Positions 29,813-40,274 of a DNA stretch of 64,000 bases are shown here, piece after piece; the stretch's first letter is position 1, and each line of letters starts with the position of its first letter. Source of the stretch: Candidatus Bathyarchaeota archaeon (GTDB lineage Archaea; Thermoproteota; Bathyarchaeia; TCS64). The notes beneath the pieces were generated by a model. The model did not search any database. It was not told where the DNA came from and was given only the letters and a program-made list of their open reading frames with translations. The position numbers were made by a program, and so were the translations under genes. The DNA is taken from positions 328,668-392,667 of the forward strand of contig CAVYVF010000023.1 in NCBI GenBank assembly GCA_963771885.1, in the 5' to 3' direction.

Positions 29813-30924
29813 ATGGTCTTGATGCGGTAGACGACGCGTCTGCCGTAGTCGGTGACGACCTTCGCGTAACCGGTGAGCTCGGTGTCGAGTGCCGGGTCGC
29901 CCGTGTCAACTAGGAGTGGCTTGCCGTGGAGAGTGGCGAGCTTCGCCGGCGTCGCCGCTATGACTATGTTCTTCAGACCTACGGCGCGTATGACGCGTGG
30001 GCTTATTTGCTGATTGCCTCGTCCGAAGACGAATCCCTGGCCTCCGATGGCAGTAACTATAATCTTAGCTTTCTTCCCCGAGACCAGCTTGAGGAGCTGC
30101 TCCTCGTTCACGTCCGAGGCGACTATCCTGCGATCTTTCACGACGTCGACGCCGAGGAGCGTCTTCACGAGTCCGAGGTGCTCGGCGACGCTGCTTACCG
30201 TAGAGCCAGGACCGAGGACATATAACGTCTCAGCGTCCATCTCGTCGGTGAGGTCCACCGCGATCGCCCTGAGGTTCTCCCCCTCGTCGACGGGGTTCGC
30301 CTCCTTACTCCCTTGAATGTACGCCTCATCCCGGGGTACGCGTAGGTAGCCGTAGAGGCGGGCGCTTAGCCGGTTGTCCCTGAAGGCGTCTTCATCGATG
30401 TCCATGACCTCTGCAAGCTGGACAGACCTCACCTCTTCGCGTAAGTACTTGGTTGCGAGGTCGCCAGCGGCGGCCGGCGAAACGGCGTAGACACCCGAGT
30501 GAATCTTGACACCTGTGGGTATACCGAGGGCTACTACCCTGCCGTCCACTACCTCGCAGATGTCCCGCGCCGTGCCGTCGCCACCAGCGAATAGGAGAAG
30601 ATCGACGCCAAGCCCCATCATCTCTGATGCAGCGGCCTTAGTGTCGGCAGAGGTCGTCTTGCCCGCTATTATCTTGCCTATGACCCTGGGTGCGAAGCCC
30701 GCCGTGCGCGCTTCGTCCTCCCCCATCTCCCTAGGGTAGGTGACAATTTCGACATCCTTCACGGTAGCGAGGTGCCTGAGTGCTTCCGTAGCCCTCCCCG
30801 GCGAGGTCTCAATGGCGCCCAGCTCCCTCGCCATCCTCAGTGTCTCCGCGCCGTCACTACCCTTAAGCCCGACGCGTCCACCCATCCCCGCAACTGGGTT
30901 AACGATCAATCCGAGGCGCTTCAA
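29809..30924 (-). CDS. ATP-NAD kinase (NAD kinase-like, PpnK family) protein
   Basis: GGDGT motif (LLFAGGDGTARD), N-terminal GMGG, about 370 aa two-domain archaeal form. Confidence 0.65.
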   Translation of the reverse strand: MKRLGLIVNPVAGMGGRVGLKGSDGAETLRMARELGAIETSPGRATEALRHLATVKDVEIVTYPREMGEDEARTAGFAPRVIGKIIAGKTTSADTKAAASEMMGLGVDLLLFAGGDGTARDICEVVDGRVVALGIPTGVKIHSGVYAVSPAAAGDLATKYLREEVRSVQLAEVMDIDEDAFRDNRLSARLYGYLRVPRDEAYIQGSKEANPVDEGENLRAIAVDLTDEMDAETLYVLGPGSTVSSVAEHLGLVKTLLGVDVVKDRRIVASDVNEEQLLKLVSGKKAKIIVTAIGGQGFVFGRGNQQISPRVIRAVGLKNIVIAATPAKLATLHGKPLLVDTGDPALDTELTGYAKVVTDYGRRVVYRIKTI

Positions 30925-31060
30925 CTACCCCTCAAGGAACAGTGGAGGCGGGAATTTAAACTCCACCCGCCCCAATTATTGAGTATATAGAAACTATTTG
31001 GGTTGCACTTATACACCCAGAAATGTGACTCTTAACTGAAGATAGGAGGAATTAAAAACC

Positions 31061-32911
31061 ATGTCGCTATTCGGTTCGGCAGGTGGTTCAATGGTCACAT
31101 GGCTAATTATAGCCATAGTGTTACTCGTATTGCTACTGATCTTCATCCTACCCGGCTTCGCCCTGGTCCGGGACAACGAGGTAGGCATACTAACAAAGAA
31201 GATGTCTGGAAAGAAGCTCCCGCAGGGTAAAATTATCGCCTCGGAGGGCGAGATCGGTGTCCAGGCTGACACCCTGATGCCTGGGCTATACTGGCGATTC
31301 CCAATAATCTGGAAAATAAACAAGAGCCGGGTCACCCAGATACCCCAGGGCAGCATTGGCATAATCGAGTCAATAGACGGCCAACCCCTACAGAAGGGCA
31401 GACTCCTCGCCGACGACGTCGAGTGCAACTCCTTCCAGGACGCGAGGGCATTCCTGAGGAATGGGGGTAGGAAGGGGCCGCAGGTAGCCATCCTCCTCCC
31501 CGGTACCTACCGCATCAACACGGCGGTCTTCAGGATAGAGCTCACCCCAGCCCTTCAAGTGCCGAAGGAGATGGTAGGCGTAGTAGTCGCAATGGATGGC
31601 ACGCCGCTCCCATCCGGTTACATTGTCGCACCCGCGCCAAAAGGGGATCATAAGCACTTCCAGGACGGCCAGGCTTTCATCAGTGCTGAGGGATATAGGG
31701 GGCCACAGCTTGAGACCCTCCAGCCCGGTGAGTACTACATTAACAAGCGTCTATTCGCAGTCACCCTCTATAGCGTCGCCGTCGTCCCGCCGGGCTACGT
31801 CGCTGTGGTGATCTCCAGTGTCGGCAAGGAGCTCGCCAGCTCCCCCATGGCGCCCAGTATAACTATCACGCCCGACCTCAGTCAGCCCCTACACGAGGCC
31901 GTTGAGTCCCTGCTCATCACCGACAGGAACGAGCGCGGTATATTCAGGGATCCCATCGCCCCGGGCACGTACAACCTCAACATGATCGCCTACAAGGCTG
32001 AGCTAGTACCAACCAGCGCCATCACCATCGACTGGGCCAGCTCGCAGGGACCCGCCGAGACGAAGATAATTGGCCACCAGAAGGAGGAGGTGGGCCAGAG
32101 CGCCAAGATAACCGAGTTCTTCAAGTTCAGCCAGCTCAAGGTCACATCGAAAGACGGCTTCCAGTTAGACGTCGACGTAAGGCTCATCATACGCATCCCA
32201 CCACCGAACGCCCCATTCGTCATCGCCCGCTTCGGAACCGTGAGCAACCTCATCGAGCAGGTCGCCCACCCACTCATCGACAGCAGCTTCCGTAACGAAG
32301 CAGGCAAGAAAGCGGCGATGGAGTTCGTGCACAGCCGCACCGAACTCCAGCTGCAGGCCCTCGAGAAAGCGCGTGAGGAGTTCAGCAAGTACCACGTCGA
32401 GGTCCAGGGACTGCTCATCGCCTATATCAACGTCGACACGCAGCTCCTCGAGACCCAGACAAAAAAGGAGATCGCTGTACAGCAGCAGAAGCAGTACGAG
32501 CAGGAGGCGCTTGCTCAGGAGCAGCGCATCGCCGTTGCCGAAAAAACCGCTAGGGCTAACCAGCAGGAGAATGTCATCTCTGCCAAACTCAGCATCGAGA
32601 TCGCTGCGGACCGCGCCGAAGCAGCGCGCCGCGAGGCCGAAGGCATACGCGATGCAACCAAGACCAAGGCCGACGGTACCGCCTACGAGAATGAGCAGGT
32701 AGGCGAAGGTCTAGCTGCCGCGTACAGGGCGCAAACCGAGGTGCTCGGGCAGCAGAACGTCGCCGCACTCAAGCTCTTCGAGGAGATAGCCAACGGCAAG
32801 ATAGTGATAACCCCCGAGGTACAGGTCACTGGGGGTGGAGAGAACTCGGGCAACCTCGTAAACGCCTTACTAGCTACGATGCTCAAAAAGAGCAAGACGA
32901 CTACCCAATAA
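31061..32911 (+). CDS. flotillin-like SPFH/band-7 protein with long Ala/Glu/Gln-rich coiled coil
   Basis: N-terminal TM, SPFH core, then EA-rich repeats (QQQKQYEQEALAQEQRIAVAEKTARANQQ...). Confidence 0.6.
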   Translation: MSLFGSAGGSMVTWLIIAIVLLVLLLIFILPGFALVRDNEVGILTKKMSGKKLPQGKIIASEGEIGVQADTLMPGLYWRFPIIWKINKSRVTQIPQGSIGIIESIDGQPLQKGRLLADDVECNSFQDARAFLRNGGRKGPQVAILLPGTYRINTAVFRIELTPALQVPKEMVGVVVAMDGTPLPSGYIVAPAPKGDHKHFQDGQAFISAEGYRGPQLETLQPGEYYINKRLFAVTLYSVAVVPPGYVAVVISSVGKELASSPMAPSITITPDLSQPLHEAVESLLITDRNERGIFRDPIAPGTYNLNMIAYKAELVPTSAITIDWASSQGPAETKIIGHQKEEVGQSAKITEFFKFSQLKVTSKDGFQLDVDVRLIIRIPPPNAPFVIARFGTVSNLIEQVAHPLIDSSFRNEAGKKAAMEFVHSRTELQLQALEKAREEFSKYHVEVQGLLIAYINVDTQLLETQTKKEIAVQQQKQYEQEALAQEQRIAVAEKTARANQQENVISAKLSIEIAADRAEAARREAEGIRDATKTKADGTAYENEQVGEGLAAAYRAQTEVLGQQNVAALKLFEEIANGKIVITPEVQVTGGGENSGNLVNALLATMLKKSKTTTQ

Positions 32912-33360
32912 TTTTTTTAACCCTTCTCGGGGGCTTACCCGTGAAAACGTTGACACCTGTTACTGGGCTCCCTGCGAGCCTCTTGAAGCTGTTTATCTGC
33001 CCCGTAAACGTCAGGGCGTCCGAGAACGGACCATTTACCATGTTCCCGAACGGCTTATCACGTATACGGAGCCTGTTAAGTCCTCGTCGCTTATCGCCAG
33101 CGCGCACGCGAGGCGCTCACCCAGTTCACGAGTTCCCAGATGTATAAGACGAGTTCCCCAACACTCATCATGTCATCGGCGGGGCGAAAGGAGAAGTCAT
33201 CTGGGCGTAGCCATTTAGTGGCTCAATAGAAGCGGAACCCGAGACCGTCGAGCATTCGCTGAAGCACAGATGTGCCCGAAATGTGATCAGGGTGTTCAGG
33301 AATTCTATAGTAATCGTCCATCTTTCTCACGTTCGCGCCTTTCCCTAAAAATTTGAGTGG

Positions 33361-34614
33361 CTACTGCTTATTGCACCAGCGGAGTATACTGATGGCGTAA
33401 GTCTTCGCTGCCGCCTTGAGGCTGTCGATGCTCACGGACTCGTTAGCGGTGTGCGCCTGCCGCAGTTCTCCTGGGCCGAAGATCATCGTTGGTGTATTTC
33501 CAAGGTTGACGAGTAGGCGCATATCGCTACTGTACGTTTTCCCCTCGACCTTCGGCGTGGAGCCTGAGACGTCCCTGTACGCCGCCTTGACAGTCTCCAT
33601 AATCGGGTGGTCGCTAGGTATCTTGGCGGGGTCGAAACGGTAGCCGTTCCAGTCGACCACTGGCTGGTGTGTCTTGAGCCAAGGGTCAGCGTCAGCCGCC
33701 CTCTTCACCGCGGACTCTACCTGCCTCTTGACCAGATCGCAGGTCTCGTCGGTGTGGACACCGACGCGTCCCTCGAAGTAGAGGTTCTCGGGGACGGTAC
33801 CAGGCCACTCGCCGCCTACTATCTTGCCTATGCTGAGGGGGGAGGGTACGTCGAAGCTGGCGTATAGGGGGTCCTTGATGCGGGCATTCCTCTCTGCCTC
33901 GAGCCTCTTCAGTGCCTCGTAGAGGGGGAGGAACTTGTCAATGGCACTTACGCCGTCTGTGCGGAGGCTGGCGTGCGCTGCTTTGCCCTGGACGGTGACG
34001 CGGAATGCCATGACGCCGGCGTGGGCTGGGACGGCACTGAGCTCGCTGGGTTCGGGGACTATCGCAGCGTCCGCCCTGTAGCCCCTGAGAACCGCGTCTA
34101 GTGCGCCTACGCCGCCGTCCTCCTCGCCGATGACAGTCTCAAGCATCATCTTACCCTTAAGAGGCGTGCCCGAGTCTACGATTGCCTTCATAGCATATAG
34201 TGCGGCGACTATTCCTCCTTTCATGTCGGCGGAGCCTCGCCCGTAGACACGCCCTTCGGAGATAGTTCCCTTCCACGGCGGGTACCTCCACTTCGACTCG
34301 TCGCCGGGGGAGACTACATCTATGTGCCCATTGACCATCAGGCTTGGTCCCTTTCCCTCGCCGTAGCTTGCGAGTACCCCGATGCCCTCCTTCCGGGGGA
34401 TCGGCATGCTGAATGCGGGGTGGTGCTTGATCTTCTCGAAGTCGACGTCCCACGTCTCAACGGCAAGTCCCAACTCCCTCATGTTAGCGGCGATGTTCCT
34501 CTGAGCGGCCGTCTCCTGCCCTCCAACGCTAGGCACCGAAATCAGCTCGCAGAGATACTCAACGAGTCCGTCGACGTCGATTGAGTCCAGAACCCGCCTC
34601 TCAACTTCCCTCAT
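33361..34614 (-). CDS. M20 family metallopeptidase (ArgE/DapE-like deacylase)
   Basis: NGHIDVV, GRGSADMKGG and GEEDGG metal-ligand motifs. Confidence 0.75.
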   Translation of the reverse strand: MREVERRVLDSIDVDGLVEYLCELISVPSVGGQETAAQRNIAANMRELGLAVETWDVDFEKIKHHPAFSMPIPRKEGIGVLASYGEGKGPSLMVNGHIDVVSPGDESKWRYPPWKGTISEGRVYGRGSADMKGGIVAALYAMKAIVDSGTPLKGKMMLETVIGEEDGGVGALDAVLRGYRADAAIVPEPSELSAVPAHAGVMAFRVTVQGKAAHASLRTDGVSAIDKFLPLYEALKRLEAERNARIKDPLYASFDVPSPLSIGKIVGGEWPGTVPENLYFEGRVGVHTDETCDLVKRQVESAVKRAADADPWLKTHQPVVDWNGYRFDPAKIPSDHPIMETVKAAYRDVSGSTPKVEGKTYSSDMRLLVNLGNTPTMIFGPGELRQAHTANESVSIDSLKAAAKTYAISILRWCNKQ

Positions 34615-34718
34615 AAGCTTCAGGAGTATGGGCGCCGCCTAAGCATTATAGCCTTACCCGACGTGCGCGAAGCGTTAAAACCGGCACGAAGACTCATTCA
34701 TGGTATAGGTGCCACGAG

Positions 34719-35744
34719 ATGCGCACAGTTGTTAAGAGCAAACCCGCCCCCGGCGTTGAGTTCGCCGAGGTACCCAAACCAGAGATCGCCCCCGACGAGG
34801 TGCTAATAGAAGTAAAGGCAGCCGCCATTTGCGGCAGTGACCTCGGCATCTACGACTACACCCCCGCCTACTCGAAGATGAGGCTCCCCGTCGTTATGGG
34901 ACATGAGTTCTCGGGCAGGGTCACCGAGGTGGGGAAGGAGGTAAAGGGTTACAAGGCGGGCGACAGGGTCCTCGCCGAATCCGTAAAGGCATGCGGAGTA
35001 TGCATCTACTGCCGCTCGGGGTACGAGAACCTCTGCGACGCCTCTACCCTATTCGGCATACACGTCGACGGCGGAATGGCGGAGTACGTCGCCGTCCCCT
35101 GCAAGCTCCTGCACAGGCTCCCTGACGAGCTCGACTATGACATCGGCGCCTTAATCGAGCCTCTGAGCAACGCCCTCCACTTCGTAAAGGACTGTACCCC
35201 CGTCAAGCTCGGCGATCAAGTCGTCGTCCAAGGTTGTGGCCCCATCGGCCTATTCAGTGCCCAGCTCTTCCGATTAGCAGGGGCTGAGGTCATCGTCACG
35301 GGCGTCAACGTAGATACGGAGCGGTTCAAGATTGCGGAGGGGCTCGGCTTAGAGACAGTGAACGTGGAAAAGGAGGATCTCGCTAAAATCGTGTTGGAGA
35401 AGACGGGTGGGCGTGGTGCCGACACAGCCTTCGTCGCCACCGGTGCGCCACCCGCTGTCGCACAGGCAGCCCAGATAGTAAAGAAGAGAGGCCAGATTAC
35501 CGTCATAGGAATATTCGGGCGCCCCGTCGAGCTCCCCCTAACCCAGATGGTGCGGAGAGAGATCACCCTAAGCGGCGCATATGACGCGAAGCCAGAGAAC
35601 TTTGACCAATCCATAGAGCTCGCGAAGAGCGGCGCCGTTAAGGTCGAGGATCTCATCACACACCGCTTCCCCCTCGAAAATGCAAATGAGGCGTTCGAGG
35701 CGGCAAAGAGCCGCGTCGGTTGCAAGGTCCTCTTCGTTCCCTAG
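34719..35744 (+). CDS. zinc-dependent alcohol/threonine dehydrogenase family (Tdh-like)
   Basis: GHEFSGRV catalytic Zn motif, CGVCIYCRSGYENLC structural Zn motif, GCGPIG Rossmann. Confidence 0.75.
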   Translation: MRTVVKSKPAPGVEFAEVPKPEIAPDEVLIEVKAAAICGSDLGIYDYTPAYSKMRLPVVMGHEFSGRVTEVGKEVKGYKAGDRVLAESVKACGVCIYCRSGYENLCDASTLFGIHVDGGMAEYVAVPCKLLHRLPDELDYDIGALIEPLSNALHFVKDCTPVKLGDQVVVQGCGPIGLFSAQLFRLAGAEVIVTGVNVDTERFKIAEGLGLETVNVEKEDLAKIVLEKTGGRGADTAFVATGAPPAVAQAAQIVKKRGQITVIGIFGRPVELPLTQMVRREITLSGAYDAKPENFDQSIELAKSGAVKVEDLITHRFPLENANEAFEAAKSRVGCKVLFVP

Positions 35745-36086
35745 ACCTAATTAGCGCCATTTTCAGCCTCGAATCGGTCACGTTGTTCAGGATCGAGAGG
35801 TCGATAGCCGCCTGAGGTGACGGATGGGCGTCGCGTCCTCATCGACCGGTTCAGACCCATAGGTGTCAGTAAGGAGAGGGCAAGGATAGACTAGTGGCTC
35901 AAGGAGACGGCGCTAGACAACCAAGCTGTCGCCTTTAAAGCACTCCTCCTAACTTCCAAAAGTATATCACCTGCAGGGCAGAGATCCTCTTCCCATTCTT
36001 GACGAACCTACTCGCCAGTTGACTATATATCCTATATTTTCTACGTCGCCAAACCCTATAGCCCAAGGAAAGCACGTCTATATTAG

Positions 36087-36344
36087 GTGAATGAAATGGA
36101 CGCGGCGACTACTGCGGCGGTTGCGGCTGAGGCCCACGCTAGCGGCTACAGGCTCAAGTTTGACAGGGAGGATTTCCTCCAACTCGTCGACATAGCCAAG
36201 CCCCGTATCATCTATCGGCGAGGCAAAAACCACCTATTCTCCTACGACGGCTTCGTCATGTATAGCCAGAAGTGCAGCGACGAGGACTTAAAGGCCAAGA
36301 TAATCCACGCCATCGAGTTCAGCAACTACAGCTGGGAGACCTAG
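36087..36344 (+). CDS. hypothetical small protein
   Basis: 85 aa ORF in the intergenic space upstream of rpl13; no recognisable family. Confidence 0.25.
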   Translation: MNEMDAATTAAVAAEAHASGYRLKFDREDFLQLVDIAKPRIIYRRGKNHLFSYDGFVMYSQKCSDEDLKAKIIHAIEFSNYSWET

Positions 36345-36462
36345 TACCCGTTCTGTCCCATCGGGGCGTGACCATCACCGCCCCGATGCGAGCATCAGCC
36401 GTTGGAAAACCTTTATAATATCAGACGTGATGTAGGCAGGGTGCATCAGGCAGCCTGAGCCG

Positions 36463-36921
36463 ATGAAAGTGGTTGAATCACCGATGAGTACAAGGACAGT
36501 CATAGACGCCGACGGCCTCATATTGGGTAGGATGGCCAGCGTCATAGCCAAGAGGCTTCTAGCCGGCGAAACGATTGAGCTAGTGAATGCGCAGAACGTC
36601 GTCATCTCCGGTAACAAGGGCAAGCTGGTCGAGGAGTGGAAGGAGTTCGTCCACGTCGGAGGATTCGGCAAGGGCCCGGTCCATCACAGGAGGCCCCACG
36701 AGATCGTCCGCAGGACCGTACGCGGTATGCTCCCATACAGGATCCCGAAGGGCGAGGCCGCCTACAAGAGGCTGCACGTCCACCTCGGCATCCCCGATGA
36801 GTTCGCTAAGGCGGAGATGGAGAAGATGCCCGAGTACCACAGCAGTAAGCTCAACCACAGAGGAGTCACAGTCGGCGAGCTCGCGGAGAGCATCGGCTGG
36901 AACAAGATGGGAGTAGAGTAA
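36463..36921 (+). CDS. rpl13: 50S ribosomal protein L13 (uL13)
   Basis: VIDADGLILGRMASVIAKRLLAGE... uL13 signature. Confidence 0.85.
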   Translation: MKVVESPMSTRTVIDADGLILGRMASVIAKRLLAGETIELVNAQNVVISGNKGKLVEEWKEFVHVGGFGKGPVHHRRPHEIVRRTVRGMLPYRIPKGEAAYKRLHVHLGIPDEFAKAEMEKMPEYHSSKLNHRGVTVGELAESIGWNKMGVE

Positions 36922-36922
36922 G

Positions 36923-37351
36923 ATGTCCGCAGCACCAGCAGCAGTCCCCAAGAAAAAGTCCACGATCACAACCGGCAAGCGCAAGACCGCGAAGGCACGC
37001 GTCGCTGTAACCGAGGGCAAGGGCAGGGTAAGGATCAACAACATTCCCGTCCACCTACACCAGCCCATAATGGCACGCGAGATGGTTCTCGAACCATTCC
37101 TCATCGCGGGTGACATCGGGACCAAGCTCGATGTTGACATTCAGGTCCAGGGCGGCGGCCCCCTCAGTCAGGCGGAGGCGGCGCGCATGGGGCTAGCACA
37201 GGGGCTCGTTAAGTACACGAAGAGCAAGAGGCTCAAGAGCACATTCATCGAGCACGACCGCACGATGCTCAGCGGAGACGCGCGCAGGAAGGAGCCGAAG
37301 AAGTTCGGTGGACCAAGCGCACGCAGGCGTAAGCAGAAGAGCTACAGGTGA
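36923..37351 (+). CDS. rps9: 30S ribosomal protein S9 (uS9)
   Basis: GKRKTAKARVAV...GGGPLSQAEAARMGLAQGLV...RRKQKSYR C-terminus. Confidence 0.85.
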   Translation: MSAAPAAVPKKKSTITTGKRKTAKARVAVTEGKGRVRINNIPVHLHQPIMAREMVLEPFLIAGDIGTKLDVDIQVQGGGPLSQAEAARMGLAQGLVKYTKSKRLKSTFIEHDRTMLSGDARRKEPKKFGGPSARRRKQKSYR

Positions 37352-37356
37352 CCTGA

Positions 37357-37659
37357 ATGCCCAGCTTTATTTCGCCTATGGTTTTCCGCCCCGAGACTGT
37401 TCGTGAGGGTCGAGGCTTTAGTCTCGCAGAGATTCAGGCCGCTGGTTTGAACGCTGGCGAGGCGAAGATCCTCGGCGTCCCAGTGGACTTGCGCAGGAAG
37501 TCGAACCATGAGGAGAATGTCGAGATTCTCAAGGACTTCGCCGCACAGGCGAAGGAGAGCGGCGTAAAGATGCCGAAGCCGAAGCAAACCTCGAAGGGTC
37601 AGCGTGGCAGGGCGCAGCGCAGCGTCACCAAGGCCGGACACAAGAGTAGGGGCATCTAA
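37357..37659 (+). CDS. rpl13e: 50S ribosomal protein L13e (eL13)
   Basis: [46 protein letters not shown] aligns by eye with the eukaryotic eL13 core (RGFSLEELRVAGI...[27 protein letters not shown]). Confidence 0.6.
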   Translation: MPSFISPMVFRPETVREGRGFSLAEIQAAGLNAGEAKILGVPVDLRRKSNHEENVEILKDFAAQAKESGVKMPKPKQTSKGQRGRAQRSVTKAGHKSRGI

Positions 37660-37737
37660 ACCCCCTTATCTTCTCGAAAGCATCTACACCCTCTACGGTG
37701 TAGTGGGTTGAAAATGAAAAAATGAGCCTCTTCGGCT

Positions 37738-38958
37738 CTACTTGTTCTTTACTGCTTTCTCAATCCTGTCGAGGGCCTCGCCGAGGATGGACTCGCTTGT
37801 AGCGATGGTCATCCTCATGTGCATCTCGCCCTCTGGACCGAACTCTGTTCCTGTGCCGAGGCCGACTTTCGCCGTCTCCATCATGAGCTTCTCGAGTTCC
37901 TTGTGGGTCATCTTCACGTTGAATTTGGGGAACATTAGGTAGGTGCCCTGCAGCTCGGGTACGGTGCAGCCCATCTCGGTGAAGCGCTTCGTAGCGATTC
38001 CCCTGATCTTGTGGAGGTGGTTCATGATGTCCTTGACCCAGTACTCGCTGTGCCTATCGAGTGCAGCTTGGGCGGCGACGAGGCTGAGCGTTGTGGTGCC
38101 GCGGAGCACGCCCTTGGCGCGCTTCTTGAGGCTCTCCATCACATTCGGGGTGGCGGTCAGGTAGCCGCACTGGAGGCCGGGGAGGCCCCACGTCTTACTG
38201 ATGCCCCAGCTCGTCACCGTGAGGTCAGCGACCTCGGGGCTGAGCGTTGCGAGGCTGACGTGCTGCCTGCCGTCGAAGACTATGTCGTCCCAGAGCTCGT
38301 CGACCATGATGTTGATCTTGTTGTCGACTGCGATGTCGGCAATGCCCTTGAGCTCTTCCTTTGTCATGACACGGCCACTGGGGTTGTGGGGGTTGCAGAC
38401 GAAGATGAGCTTCGTCTTATTCGTGACAGCTTTCTTGAGTCCTTCGATGTCGAACTTGTAGCCGTCCTCCTCATGGATCTTCCAGTAGCTGGGCTTCATC
38501 TGGCAGGTTTCAACGGCGGTGAAGAATGGGTAATACATGGGGTCGGTGACTACGATCTCATCACCGGGCTTCGCTCCGCTGTTCTGGATGGAGAGCCACA
38601 TCGCTGGGATGACGCCCTGCGTGACGTAGATGTCATCCTTGGTGAGCTTGAAGCCATTCTTCTTGTTGACCCTCTCCGCCATCGCGGCGCGGGCCTTGTC
38701 GTCGGTGTTGTAGAGCAGGTCCTCGTCCTGAACCGCGTTGATGAGCGCCTTCTTGATCATGGGTGCAGTCGCGAAGTCGGGGTCCGCGAGCCACATGCCG
38801 ATGACATCTGGGGGGTCGCGGTGCCACTTTATGCCGGGCGCCGCGAGCATGCCCTCGATGGTTGATGAGTTGAGTACATCCTCGTTGTACATAATCCGTT
38901 CACTCTTAGCGATTGAAGTGTCCAGCGGATGGTAATAATCGTTTTGATGGGTTTTCAA
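37738..38958 (-). CDS. class I/II PLP-dependent aminotransferase (MalY/PatB C-S lyase-like)
   Basis: NPHNPSG motif, SKTWGLPGL PLP-lysine region. Confidence 0.7.
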   Translation of the reverse strand: MKTHQNDYYHPLDTSIAKSERIMYNEDVLNSSTIEGMLAAPGIKWHRDPPDVIGMWLADPDFATAPMIKKALINAVQDEDLLYNTDDKARAAMAERVNKKNGFKLTKDDIYVTQGVIPAMWLSIQNSGAKPGDEIVVTDPMYYPFFTAVETCQMKPSYWKIHEEDGYKFDIEGLKKAVTNKTKLIFVCNPHNPSGRVMTKEELKGIADIAVDNKINIMVDELWDDIVFDGRQHVSLATLSPEVADLTVTSWGISKTWGLPGLQCGYLTATPNVMESLKKRAKGVLRGTTTLSLVAAQAALDRHSEYWVKDIMNHLHKIRGIATKRFTEMGCTVPELQGTYLMFPKFNVKMTHKELEKLMMETAKVGLGTGTEFGPEGEMHMRMTIATSESILGEALDRIEKAVKNK

Positions 38959-39024
38959 TCATCTTTGAAGGGCGGAAAACGATAACGATATAAGAGTAAT
39001 GGCAAACGCTTACGGGAGAATGGT

Positions 39025-39303
39025 ATGAAGATTCTCCTCTACTTCGACTGGGCGGGCAGCAGAAAGGAGCTTAGGGAGCATGATAAGAGGATGCAGAAGG
39101 CCGCCAAGGAAGTCGGCGTCGAGTACATGGGTATCCACGGCTCCATGAATCAGAAGTGGAACTACTGCTGGCTCTTCGACGCCCGCAGCTATGACCATTT
39201 CATGGAGATGACCGCCAAGATTCCGAGGCCACCTCAGATGACTCACTACGTTACAGAGCACCTCATTCCCGTAAAACTCCCAGTCGACGAGCCAAACATG
39301 TAG
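39025..39303 (+). CDS. hypothetical small protein
   Basis: 92 aa ORF; function unknown. Confidence 0.3.
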   Translation: MKILLYFDWAGSRKELREHDKRMQKAAKEVGVEYMGIHGSMNQKWNYCWLFDARSYDHFMEMTAKIPRPPQMTHYVTEHLIPVKLPVDEPNM

Positions 39304-39316
39304 GAGCCCCGCTTTC

Positions 39317-40231
39317 TCACGGGCTATTAGCAGTTACCCTTGCACCTACTTCATCGATCCCCACTACCACCGACTCTGAGCCGGGGAACCTTTTCTCGAT
39401 CAGTGTCGCTGCTTCGAGGGCCCTGCTCCTCTCCATGATGGCGAAGGCGACCTCTCCGAACATCGCCATCGTGAACGTGTAGCCCTCAGCGTCCATCACG
39501 TCAAAGACGGCGCGGAGACGCGGCGTGACCAATCCAACGTGCTCGGTGAAGGCGCGGCTCAGCCTCATGAACCTCTCCGCCTCCGGGTGCGAGGCGAGTT
39601 CGTCGACGGATTTGCCGCCGAGCTTGTTTATCTTTGCCCTTAAGGCGGGGTTGCTCAGCGCCTCCTTCGTCGGTATGGGACCGTAGTAGATGTAGACGAC
39701 ACGGAACCTCTTGGCGCCGGGGTAGCTTAACGCCTCGCCGATGCCGGGGGCGCCTGGTTTCGTAAGTATGCCGAATCCTCCCCTCTCCGCGGCGAAGACA
39801 CTGCCGAGGCCCGTCTTGCACTCGATCTCCGCGACGTGAGCAATCTGAGCCGCCTCGACCTTCGTGAGCCCCGCGTCTGCAGCCTCGTTTAGGGCAAGGG
39901 CAAGACTGAGAGCTCCCCCGCCGCTACTGCCAAAGCCGGCGACTGAGGGCGTCTCGACGACGTGTTCAACTGCGAGCTCCTGCGGCTTGATACGCCCCTT
40001 AAACTTGTTGAGGACGTACTCGGAGACGAACGCTTCTCTCGTCTGATTACCGTTGATCTTGACTTTCCAGTTAGTCGCCACGGCGGGTTTAACAGTGACC
40101 GTGGTGTAGACACCGAGATCGAGGCTGATGCCTGAGCCCCGTGCGCCTCTCTGGAGGAGGTCAGCGGCCTGGTCGCATATCTGGAATAAGCCGGTGAGGT
40201 GTCCGGGGGCGAATGCCGTGGCTCTTCCCAT
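39317..40231 (-). CDS. GHMP kinase, pantoate kinase-like (COG1829); homoserine kinase not excluded
   Basis: Start at internal ATG (MGRATAFAPGHLTGLF..., resembling the PoK FVPxHITGFF N-terminus); GHMP P-loop SVAGFGSSGGGALSLA; adjacent to thrC. Confidence 0.5.
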   Translation of the reverse strand: MGRATAFAPGHLTGLFQICDQAADLLQRGARGSGISLDLGVYTTVTVKPAVATNWKVKINGNQTREAFVSEYVLNKFKGRIKPQELAVEHVVETPSVAGFGSSGGGALSLALALNEAADAGLTKVEAAQIAHVAEIECKTGLGSVFAAERGGFGILTKPGAPGIGEALSYPGAKRFRVVYIYYGPIPTKEALSNPALRAKINKLGGKSVDELASHPEAERFMRLSRAFTEHVGLVTPRLRAVFDVMDAEGYTFTMAMFGEVAFAIMERSRALEAATLIEKRFPGSESVVVGIDEVGARVTANSP

Positions 40232-40274
40232 AGCGAATCGCGTCAGGGGTGTTGCCCGGCCGGGATAAGCGTTG

